Below, one piece after another: positions 18,539 through 26,625 of a stretch of 64,000 bases of DNA. The notes under the pieces are model-generated. The model was not told where the DNA came from, did no database searches, and saw nothing but the letters and a program-made list of their open reading frames with translations. The stretch's first letter is position 1, and every line of letters begins with the position of its first letter. Source of the stretch: Acidobacteriota bacterium (lineage in GTDB: Bacteria > Acidobacteriota > UBA6911 > RPQK01); the NCBI GenBank assembly GCA_041946865.1, contig JBHGBF010000015.1, positions 1,371-65,370 of the forward strand, read 5' to 3'. The translations under genes and the position numbers were made by a program.

Positions 18539-20131
18539 TCAATATCGATAAAAAGTAGCGAACCAGTGATCGTTTGGGCGGATGCTAACTCCTGTTTTCG
18601 ACATTAATAGTCGTGATCGCCGAGCCGCGCGTCGATCAAGGTGAGCACCCGACGAAAGAGAGGGGGCCTCGGCTGGGAGCGCAGGCGTCTCGCCCAATGC
18701 CATTTGCTTTTTTGGCCTTCGGCCAGGGAAGTCGGGGCAACCAGCCGCGGCGGTTGCCCCGACTTCCCTGGCCGAAGGCCAAAAAAGCAAATGGCATTGA
18801 GCGTCTCGCCGTAACCGCTCAGTTTTCTGCGAGCGAAGCGGCAGGCGCTTTTGGAGTTCATCCTGCCTGTCCGCCTCGGGATCACCGATGAACTTTTCCG
18901 CAGCCGGGTCAAACCGGAGGCTGCGGCCCGTCCGATAGGAGATGTTTGCCAGGTGGCACAGGGCGGCCGACAGGTGTCCTTCCTCGATTTCGGCGGTCAA
19001 CAAGCCCGGCTTCCGCTGCCGCATCCCCTCGATGAAGTTGGCAAAATGGAGGTCTTCATCGGAGCCGGTGCTCGATGGCCCCGGCTCCTGCTTCTTTCCG
19101 AGGTACGTTTGATATCCGTCGCCGACCGTCATGAAGCCTTCGGAGCCGAAGAATACAACGCCAATCTCGTTGTCCGGGCCCTTACCGAATCCGGCCTCGT
19201 GATTCGAGATCCAGTGGCGGACTTCGAAAACCAGAAGCTTCTTCTCTTTGGGATATTCCAGAGTGGCCAGCTGAACATTGGGTGTTTGCTGGTCGTCCTG
19301 GAACATGAAGTGGCCACCCGATGAATGAACTTTCTCGGGCAGCCCTAGTCCCAGGCCCCATCGAGCCAGGTCCATTTGATGCGCACCCTGGTTTCCAATG
19401 TCGCCGTTTCCATAGTCCCAGTGCCAGTGCCAGTTGTAGTGGAAGCGGTTCCGGGAGAAGGGCCGGACGGGCGCGGGACCTAGCCACAAATCGTAGCGCA
19501 CTCCCGGGGGCACCGGCTCCTCCGGAGACCTGCCTATCGTTTCCCGCCACTTGTAGCAGAGGCCCTTCGCCATGTACAACTCTCCGATCACTCCCTGACT
19601 GAGCTTCTCCACGGCTTCACGGGCCGCTATGCTGCTGCGGACGCCGGTGCCGTGCTGGACGATGCGGCCATATTTTCGTGCCGCCTCCACCAGCTTGCGT
19701 CCCTCCCAGAGATTGTGGGAGCAGGGCTTCTCCACGTAGACGTCTTTCCCGGATTGGCAGGCCCAGATGGAACCGAGAGCGTGCCAGTGGTTCGGGGTGG
19801 CGAACGCAACGGCGTCGACGTCTTTGCGGTCGAAAATCTCTCGCATATCGACGCACTTGTCGACCTTCGCTTTGGTGGCCGCCTCTAGGCGCTTAGCCTG
19901 CTGGCCGAGCACCTCTTCGTCCACGTCACAAAGCGCCACGACTTTGACACCGGGCAGGCGGGCAAAGCCGTCAATCAGCCGGCGGCCGCGTCCATGGAGG
20001 CCGACGACGGCCACCCGGATGGTGTCATTGGCGCCGAGTCGGGCTGAGGCCTGCGTGGTTTGGCCCAACCTGGCGCCCACTGTCAATCCTGTCGAACTTG
20101 TCACAAAAGCGCGTCGGTTCAATGTCTGCAT
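18539..20131 (-). CDS. Tat-exported Gfo/Idh/MocA-family oxidoreductase with aberrant C-terminal tail
   Basis: MQTLNRRAFVTSSTGLTVGA Tat signal. Motifs are IRVAVVGLHGRG, VYVEKPCSHN and WDYGNGDIGNQGAHQMDLARW. The last ~86 codons run through and beyond the palindromic insertion at 18695-18800. ATG 20131 is preceded by GGGAGG. Confidence 0.8.
   Translation of the reverse strand: MQTLNRRAFVTSSTGLTVGARLGQTTQASARLGANDTIRVAVVGLHGRGRRLIDGFARLPGVKVVALCDVDEEVLGQQAKRLEAATKAKVDKCVDMREIFDRKDVDAVAFATPNHWHALGSIWACQSGKDVYVEKPCSHNLWEGRKLVEAARKYGRIVQHGTGVRSSIAAREAVEKLSQGVIGELYMAKGLCYKWRETIGRSPEEPVPPGVRYDLWLGPAPVRPFSRNRFHYNWHWHWDYGNGDIGNQGAHQMDLARWGLGLGLPEKVHSSGGHFMFQDDQQTPNVQLATLEYPKEKKLLVFEVRHWISNHEAGFGKGPDNEIGVVFFGSEGFMTVGDGYQTYLGKKQEPGPSSTGSDEDLHFANFIEGMRQRKPGLLTAEIEEGHLSAALCHLANISYRTGRSLRFDPAAEKFIGDPEADRQDELQKRLPLRSQKTERLRRDAQCHLLFWPSAREVGATAAAGCPDFPGRRPKKQMALGETPALPAEAPSLSSGAHLDRRAARRSRLLMSKTGVSIRPNDHWFATFYRY
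18695..18800. repeat. MITE-like perfect palindrome flanked by a 10-bp direct repeat
   Basis: Arms 18695-18742 and 18752-18799 are perfect 48-nt reverse complements (CAATGCCATTTGCTTTTTTGGCCTTCGGCCAGGGAAGTCGGGGCAACC) around a 9-nt loop. GCGTCTCGCC occurs at 18685-18694 and again at 18801-18810. Confidence 0.9.
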
Positions 20132-20508
20132 GTCGCCTCCCTGAAAAACTAATCGTGGATTAGTTCTCTTCGGCTCTGCAACACTCCTAATCAACGTCCA
20201 ATCGTTACACACCGGTTGTTGAGGTCGCCGGTGTACCCGGGCATGCCATGATTGCCATTCATGTAGCCGATCCCCGTCTGGTGGGGGTAAAGACCGGTCA
20301 GGATCGAGGCCCGCGTCGGACAACACCGACCGCAGTTGTAAAACTGCGCGACGGCTAAGCGACAAGGCCGTTGGCCTCCTCCATGTCCGCGCGCCTTTTG
20401 CGCAGCACCCTGACACTAGCTTCCCCCTCCGGTCATGTCAAGCAAAACTATCTTTTATGTCATAAACCGGAATCCTCACGGCGGAATTTGGCCTCTTTCC
20501 TAGTGGTA

Positions 20509-20537
20509 TTGACATAAAATCGGAAGGCGTCTAGAGT
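20509..20537 (+). promoter_or_regulatory. candidate sigma70-like promoter of the ROK regulator gene
   Basis: TTGACA (20509-20514), a 17-nt spacer, then TAGAGT (20532-20537), about 50 nt upstream of ATG 20589. This is a pattern match only. Confidence 0.35.
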
Positions 20538-20588
20538 AGGGCGACAGGAATGATACACTTTCATTTCGATTCCCCCAGGTAGAACCGG

Positions 20589-21851
20589 ATGAGACACGTT
20601 TCGAGCAAGCAGGAAAGAGACAAAGCGGTCATTATGGCGGTCGTCCATCGGTTCGGGCCACTGTCCCGGGTCGATGTTCACGACTTGACCCAATTTCGCC
20701 CGACGGGCATCTCCCTGTTAGTTCGCGAGCTTCTGGACGAAGGCAGACTGCTCGAGGCAGGTCCGTCCAACAATCCGCTGGGCCGCAAACAGACGCTGCT
20801 CAGGATCAATGAAGGGTTCGGTTTTGTCGTCGGCGTGGAGTGGGACGTCTCTACGGTCATTGCGGCTGCGCTCGACCTGACGCCGCAGATCATCGCATCC
20901 GTGTCGCAACCCACCAACCTCGCCCAGGGCTCGGAGGGTCTCATCAAACAACTGCTGTCCTGTACGAGGCAAGCCATCGAACGCGCCGGCAGGCGTGGTC
21001 AGACTCCGCTTGGCATAGCCGTGGCAGACCCGGGACTGGTGGATACGGAAAAGGGCATAACGATCACCTCGTCCCAGATGGATTTCTGGAAGAACATCCC
21101 CCTGCAGGAGATTTTTGAAAAGGAGTTTAAGGTCCCGTTCCTCCTGGAGAGCAACACACGAGCCATGACGATCGCCGAGAGAATGCTGGGGTCGGGCGAA
21201 AAGAGTGACGACATGGTGTACATCGACTACCGAACCGGCGTGGGCGCCGGCGTCGTCACCGGGGGCTCTATCCTGCGCGGCTCCGGCGAATGCGCGGGGG
21301 AGTTCGGGCACACCCACGTCGTTGAGAACGGACCGGCCTGCAAGTGCGGGAGTTTCGGCTGCCTGGAGGCCATGACATCGGCTGCCGCACTGGCAAACAA
21401 GGCTCGAAAGGGCGTTTTGGAGGGCGGGACATCCGAAGTCCTGGCGCTGGCCGGCAATGCCGAAACTATCACCGGGGCTCACGTCCTGGAGGCGGCCCGG
21501 AGTGGAGATCGAATGTGCAGCTCGCTGGTCGAAGACATGGGGAATCACCTCGGTCTCGGCATCGCGAACCTGGTTAATCTGTTCAACCCGTCCATTGTCG
21601 TATTTGGCGGCCTGCTCGAATTGGCGGGTGATCACCTGCTCGAGCAGATCCACCGAATCGTGAAGAGGCAGGCGTTGCCCCACGCGACCAGGAATCTCCA
21701 GTTTCGATTCGGCAAACTGGGATCGCAGGCCGGGGTTCTGGGAGCGGGTCTGCTCGTCTTGGAGAAGCTTTTTGAGATTCCGGCGTTAAAACCCCCGAAG
21801 TTCCTGGTAAGCTCCCCGGGAAGGCGACGAGTGTCGATCCCCGGGCTGTGA
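20589..21851 (+). CDS. ROK-family transcriptional regulator (NagC/XylR-like)
   Basis: N-terminal winged-helix (LSRVDVHDLTQFRPTGISLLVRELLDEGRL). ROK sugar-kinase fold with the zinc motif GEFGHTHVVENGPACKCGSFGCLEAM. Confidence 0.85.
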   Translation: MRHVSSKQERDKAVIMAVVHRFGPLSRVDVHDLTQFRPTGISLLVRELLDEGRLLEAGPSNNPLGRKQTLLRINEGFGFVVGVEWDVSTVIAAALDLTPQIIASVSQPTNLAQGSEGLIKQLLSCTRQAIERAGRRGQTPLGIAVADPGLVDTEKGITITSSQMDFWKNIPLQEIFEKEFKVPFLLESNTRAMTIAERMLGSGEKSDDMVYIDYRTGVGAGVVTGGSILRGSGECAGEFGHTHVVENGPACKCGSFGCLEAMTSAAALANKARKGVLEGGTSEVLALAGNAETITGAHVLEAARSGDRMCSSLVEDMGNHLGLGIANLVNLFNPSIVVFGGLLELAGDHLLEQIHRIVKRQALPHATRNLQFRFGKLGSQAGVLGAGLLVLEKLFEIPALKPPKFLVSSPGRRRVSIPGL

Positions 21852-21958
21852 GTGCCGAAGCCGGAGGGGCGCACAGAGCCGCGCAGCAGTGCAGGTGTTG
21901 AAAATGTTCACCGGTCTGCCAGCGTCGGCTGTTGCCTTGTCCGGGCCACTTCCTGTCT

Positions 21959-22123
21959 GAGGTCCGTAGGACTGATACGTCTATAGAAAACGGGCCGCCC
22001 GCAAGGCGAGGTCCGTAGGACTGACACGTGTTGAACCGAGCCCGAGAGTCGACGTGCCAGTCCTACGGACCTCGACTCCTGAACGGCACGATTTCTATAG
22101 ACGTGTCAGTCCTAACGGACCTG
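21959..22123. repeat. nested inverted repeats (two direct plus two inverted copies of a ~23-31-nt unit)
   Basis: Four copies: GAGGTCCGTAGGACTGATACGTCTATAGAAA (21959-21989), GAGGTCCGTAGGACTGACACGTG (22008-22030), GACGTGCCAGTCCTACGGACCTC (22051-22073) and TTTCTATAGACGTGTCAGTCCTAACGGACCTG (22092-22123). The outer pair and the inner pair are each reverse complements. Confidence 0.85.
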
Positions 22124-22204
22124 ACCCTTTCTTAACACCCTGTCAGCGTTGTGCGGCTCTCTAAAGCGACTTAAGCGTGCCCTTGTTGCACAGGACGGTC
22201 CCGC

Positions 22205-23659
22205 CTATTTCTCATACGGCACTTCGCCAGAATCGTTCGTGACGTAGCCGAAGCGCTGGACGTACTCCTCCGATGGGAGAAATTCGTCGTGAGTGTCTGC
22301 GAGCTTCTGCCTGAGGATTTCGTCCAATGACCGTCTGATTCGAGCAAAATCGGGATCCTGGCAACGGTTGACCTTCTGGTAGGGGTCTTCGACGTTGTTA
22401 TAGAGCAGCCATGGCCCTTGGAGATCGCGGACGTAAGTGTGGGTGAGAGTGCGCACGCCTCGGAACTCCCGCCCGCCCTTCTTCTTCCCCCAGTCATGAA
22501 ACGGGGCGTAACTCGCAATGAGGGCGTCATTCTTCTGCGCACCTCCGGCGGCTTGCAGGAGATCTTTTCCCTCCACCGAACCGGGGATCGCGATTTGGCA
22601 CAGTCCCAACAAAGTCGGCATGATGTCGGGAGTGCTGAGGATGGCCTCCACCTTCCGCCGGCCTCTCCCGAAGCGCTTGGGAAAACGGAGCAGGAACGGC
22701 ACCAGGATCGATTCGTCCCAGGGCCTCTGTTTCAGGGTCTGGTCCTGCGAGCCCAGCATGTCACCGTGGTCTGAGGTGAAGACCAGGATCGTGTTCTCCT
22801 CCAAGCCCTCGCGGCGCAACGTCTCGACCAACTGACCCAGACAATCGTCCAGAGCGACGATGTGGGCGTAGTAGCCGGCCAGCGCCTGCCGGACCCAGGT
22901 CTTCCACTCAGGAACGTTAGGACGAAGGCGCATGTGCTCGGGGTTAAATCGTGCCCGGTACTCGGGCGGAGCCGTATTATATGGATTGTGGGGTGGTCCC
23001 CAAGAGAGAAAAAGTGCAAAAGGTTTGCTCCGCTCACGTTTCCGGAGGAAGGTTTCAGCCTCCGACGTCTGCGCAATTGCATCGTAGCCTTTCCAGGTTT
23101 GCCGGGTTGGATCATCCGCGTAGTAGAACGAATTGTTGTACTCATGCGTGCATTCGAGGGCACGCCAGTACTTGAACCCTTGACGGTTCTCGGGAGGAAT
23201 GTACGCGGAACGGCCTCGCCCGTTCAGATGCCACTTGCCGATATAGGCCGTCTCGTACCCGGCGCCGGAAAATACCTTGCCGATTGTGACGGAATCGTCC
23301 GAAAGATGCAGGTCGTTAAGAAAAATGCCGTGGGTAAGCGGGTATTGTCCTGTCATCAGGCTGGCCCGATACGGACAACATACGGGACAGTTCGAAACGG
23401 CGGCGGCAAACTGGACGCTTTCACCAGCCAGGCGATCCAGGTTGGGAGTCTGCACATTCGGATCACCTGCACGGCTCGATGCCTGAGCGCGCATCTGATC
23501 CGCGAAGACGAAGACCAGATTGGGTCGGTTCTCGGGCGCCGTGGGCCCTCCGTCAAGCGGGAAGCTGAGTGCCAAAGGCGCAACCGCGCCTGCTTGAGCG
23601 ATGAACTGCCTGCGGTCAATCGGGTGACGGGGAGTGGTTGTTGTCTGTTGTGGTTCCAT
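22205..23659 (-). CDS. formylglycine-dependent sulfatase (Tat signal)
   Basis: PIDRRQFIAQAGAVAPLALS Tat-like signal. NLVFVFADQMR and the CCPYRASLMTG (C-x-P-x-R) sulfatase signature are present. The start is placed at ATG 23659; the ORF is open to 23692. Confidence 0.85.
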   Translation of the reverse strand: MEPQQTTTTPRHPIDRRQFIAQAGAVAPLALSFPLDGGPTAPENRPNLVFVFADQMRAQASSRAGDPNVQTPNLDRLAGESVQFAAAVSNCPVCCPYRASLMTGQYPLTHGIFLNDLHLSDDSVTIGKVFSGAGYETAYIGKWHLNGRGRSAYIPPENRQGFKYWRALECTHEYNNSFYYADDPTRQTWKGYDAIAQTSEAETFLRKRERSKPFALFLSWGPPHNPYNTAPPEYRARFNPEHMRLRPNVPEWKTWVRQALAGYYAHIVALDDCLGQLVETLRREGLEENTILVFTSDHGDMLGSQDQTLKQRPWDESILVPFLLRFPKRFGRGRRKVEAILSTPDIMPTLLGLCQIAIPGSVEGKDLLQAAGGAQKNDALIASYAPFHDWGKKKGGREFRGVRTLTHTYVRDLQGPWLLYNNVEDPYQKVNRCQDPDFARIRRSLDEILRQKLADTHDEFLPSEEYVQRFGYVTNDSGEVPYEK

Positions 23660-23810
23660 GATTCTCGACTTTTTCCTGTATCCAGCATCCACAAATTAGC
23701 GCGGACTTGAGCGCAGGAGCAACCAGGCGAGTCCCCAAGGGACCGAAGGAACCTCAGGGACCCCAAGGACCCATAAGCGCCAGAACAAGTGGCCGCTCGG
23801 GACGGCTTTT

Positions 23811-24019
23811 GCCCCCAGGGGGCGGATGTTTATAGTAGACGGCTGAAAGGCCCGGGCGCCCCAGCGGGGCGCGATGTTCTGATCATCTTGAGGAGCACCC
23901 ATCCCCAATACGTATACTCAAATTGAGGGCGAGTATGCCGACTCGGTCAGAACATCGCACCCCGCCGGGGCGCCTTCCTTTCTGGCGTTGGCAAACTACA
24001 AACATCCGCCCTTACGGGC
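23811..24019. repeat. ~74-nt inverted repeat pair flanking a 60-nt spacer
   Basis: 23811-23884 (GCCCCCAGGGGGCGGATGTTTATAGTAGACGGCTGAAAGGCCCGGGCGCCCCAGCGGGGCGCGATGTTCTGATC) is a close reverse complement of 23945-24019. Each arm contains two small GC hairpins. Confidence 0.8.
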
Positions 24020-24027
24020 AATGGCAT

Positions 24028-26625
24028 TCACTTAAGGGAGGGGCCGCGCTCTTTTGGAATGTGTCGGCCTGTCACCCAGGCTTCCGCCCCTTCAACGAGC
24101 TTCAGGAGGTACCCGGCCACGGGTGCCGAGTAGAGTTCTTTTCCGGGGACGGTGAGGTAGACCGGAGAGGTGTGCGCGGCCAGGGTGAAGGGCCAGGCCA
24201 CAGAGCCGGGAACAATCGACAGGCAGCGGGCCGCCAGCCAGCCTGGACCGCGGATTTTCAGGCAGTCGCTCAGGCCCAGTGTCAGCTTGCCGGCGCCGTC
24301 TTCCGTCGAAGCGGCCACCCGGCCGTTGCACAGTAGCTCAACTCGATGCAACGGATAGTTGCTTCTGGCTTCAACCTTGAAAGCGACCGTTCCACCCTCG
24401 GACCCGAGAGAAATCTCGCTCCCAGGTGGCTTCCCCTCCACTTCCAGGAACAGCACCGGACCGCTGGAGCAGAAGGTGTTGCCGGATCGCACGGCCCGAA
24501 CCCACTGCTCAAAGGTGAATTCCCGATCGCCCAGGTAGGCATAGGTGCGGTTTGCCCCTACCGGAGTGCCCGCGGACATCTTATCGGTCCCACCGACCGC
24601 TGGCAGGCGGTACCCGCAGTTCAGATAGCGGTACCACTCTTGAAAGGGGAATCCAAACCCGGCCCCCAGCGGCCACAACTCCACTCCGTCAATGCGGCCG
24701 GTCACGATGTCGGCCGCAATTTCACCGGGCGGGTTGGGGAAGTGTGGGGCGATTACCAGGCCCTCGCGTTGCCGGCAGGCGTCGGCCCATTCCGCGAGAC
24801 TGAAGCGCACGGGATCTCCGAAATAGCTCGTGCTCGGTCCGCCGGAGGACAACGGGAAAACCGGCTCGCCTGTTCCGTTCAGCAGGCTGATGTGACCGAG
24901 CAGATGCTGCCGGTTTTCGGTGCCCAGCCGCACGAGGTGCTCCCCGTCTCTTGACACGAGAGCGCCGCCAGGCAGATCGCCCACATTGGTGAACAGGTTT
25001 CCCAGCTGGGCTGCCAGCAGGTTCACCAGGTTGACACCTTCCGCCCGGCTCTCCAGCAGGGCCGTCGAGGGAGACAGGAAGTGAACGTGAGTGTCGGCCG
25101 TCACCCACCCCTTCGATCGGAGGTCGACCCAGCGTTCGAGCGACAGATCGAGAGATCGCGCGTCGGGGCGGATCTGGAGGCGTTGCCTGACCGGCCGGTA
25201 CTCGAAGCCCTTGCTGATTTCCACGCAAACCTCGCCGACCGGCAGCTCGGCCTCGAAGCTGCCATCCACGTAAGCGAACGAAGAAACGCCCACCTTAAGG
25301 TCCGCGCCATAGTCTTGAAACCACCCGGTGTTGATCTCGGCACGATGCCCGTAAGGCGGAAAGTACCGCCCTTGGCCGCTGCGAAACGCGAGCCGCGCCG
25401 GAGTCGGACGCCCCTTTTCATCCAGGATTCGGCCTCGGACCCAAACTTTCTGCCGGTCAAGGACCTCGAGCCTTCCCCCATCTTTCGCCACGCTGGAAGT
25501 CCCCGGGTCGAGGCCGGACAAATCAAACGTCCGGACAGCGCCGGTCGTGCGGTCGGTCACGGCCAGGCTGGCCGCTTCGCTCGCGGCAATCTCGAGGTAG
25601 CGGAAGCCTGTGTGGCCCGCCCGTTTGCCTTTCGACTCTCCCAGCCCCGCCCACTTCGATTCCATCCAGGAAGCGGGATCGTGAGCCGGCAGGACATACT
25701 GGCGGGCGATCACCCCCAAATCGATGTCGAGTGTCCAGCGATCAAGATCCTCGGCCGACTCATCGGGGAGGGTCAAGCGATAGGTCGAAAGGCGCTGATA
25801 TCTCAGAGGGTGCTGCGCCAGCAGGCACAATGTCAGGCCGCAGATGACGACCGTGCTCTGGCTTTCGGCCGTAAGCTTGATCCCGGTTATCACTTTGTCG
25901 AACCGCGGGTTCTTGAGCGGACATAGCCACAGGATCGGGGGCCGGTACACGCTATCGTCAAAACCCATTTGCAGTCCACCCCAGTCCGTACCCCGCGCCA
26001 GCGGCGCGTCAAGCGGTTTAGGCACCGCGCCGGATCCCGGTGCGGCGGCGAAGGCAAAATGCCCCCAGGGAATGGAGGGCGTATTGATCTCGAACCTCCT
26101 TCGAATCGCAAAGGTCTCCTTCAGCCCGTCTTCATAAATCAAAGCGACAGTCGTCAGAACCTCACCCACGGACTCGAACCGGTCGGGATCCGGACTGTCG
26201 CCTCTCTCGGCAGGCCAGTCGCAGAAGTGGGCAAAACAAACGAATGCGCCCTGCCGCCCGACTGGGATCTCGACCTGGTGCTGCACACCTGGCCGATCCG
26301 CCCGGCTGATCGCCAACCAATCCCTGCGGCCCGGGCGCCGTTCGCCAAACTGAAACGGGATTCCCCGAAGGCGAACCGGGCCGACCGGAGTCAGTAACCC
26401 TTCCGAGGCCAAGCCGGCGGGGCGGTTCAAGAGATCGAAATCGAGGGAGGAGGCCGAATAATTAGCACCGAGATCGACAAGGTGGAATTTCCGCCCGTCA
26501 ACCGCCGCCAAGTCGAGGCGCCCAGCGTCGTGTGCCGAGGACGAGACCGACAGGAGACCGAGGGCCGGGCCGGCCCCGATGCTGCCCAAAAAGCCGCGGC
26601 GGGTCACATCTGGAGGGAAAGGCAT
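24028..26625 (-). CDS. Tat-exported CehA/McbA-like (PHP-fold) metallohydrolase with large N-terminal domain
   Basis: MPFPPDVTRRGFLGSIGAGPALG Tat-like signal. A ~400-aa unknown domain is followed by a beta-sandwich (VWVRGRILDEKGRP...FAYVDGSFEAELPVGEVCVEISKGFEY) and then WVTADTHVHF and later His/Asp motifs resembling CehA/McbA PHP hydrolases. Confidence 0.6.
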   Translation of the reverse strand: MPFPPDVTRRGFLGSIGAGPALGLLSVSSSAHDAGRLDLAAVDGRKFHLVDLGANYSASSLDFDLLNRPAGLASEGLLTPVGPVRLRGIPFQFGERRPGRRDWLAISRADRPGVQHQVEIPVGRQGAFVCFAHFCDWPAERGDSPDPDRFESVGEVLTTVALIYEDGLKETFAIRRRFEINTPSIPWGHFAFAAAPGSGAVPKPLDAPLARGTDWGGLQMGFDDSVYRPPILWLCPLKNPRFDKVITGIKLTAESQSTVVICGLTLCLLAQHPLRYQRLSTYRLTLPDESAEDLDRWTLDIDLGVIARQYVLPAHDPASWMESKWAGLGESKGKRAGHTGFRYLEIAASEAASLAVTDRTTGAVRTFDLSGLDPGTSSVAKDGGRLEVLDRQKVWVRGRILDEKGRPTPARLAFRSGQGRYFPPYGHRAEINTGWFQDYGADLKVGVSSFAYVDGSFEAELPVGEVCVEISKGFEYRPVRQRLQIRPDARSLDLSLERWVDLRSKGWVTADTHVHFLSPSTALLESRAEGVNLVNLLAAQLGNLFTNVGDLPGGALVSRDGEHLVRLGTENRQHLLGHISLLNGTGEPVFPLSSGGPSTSYFGDPVRFSLAEWADACRQREGLVIAPHFPNPPGEIAADIVTGRIDGVELWPLGAGFGFPFQEWYRYLNCGYRLPAVGGTDKMSAGTPVGANRTYAYLGDREFTFEQWVRAVRSGNTFCSSGPVLFLEVEGKPPGSEISLGSEGGTVAFKVEARSNYPLHRVELLCNGRVAASTEDGAGKLTLGLSDCLKIRGPGWLAARCLSIVPGSVAWPFTLAAHTSPVYLTVPGKELYSAPVAGYLLKLVEGAEAWVTGRHIPKERGPSLK

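Noticed and set aside
24019-24031. 9-nt match (AATGGCATT) to the terminus of the 18695 palindromic element, next to the 23811-24019 repeat
   Set aside because: It is too short to distinguish from chance, and the similarity does not continue on either side.
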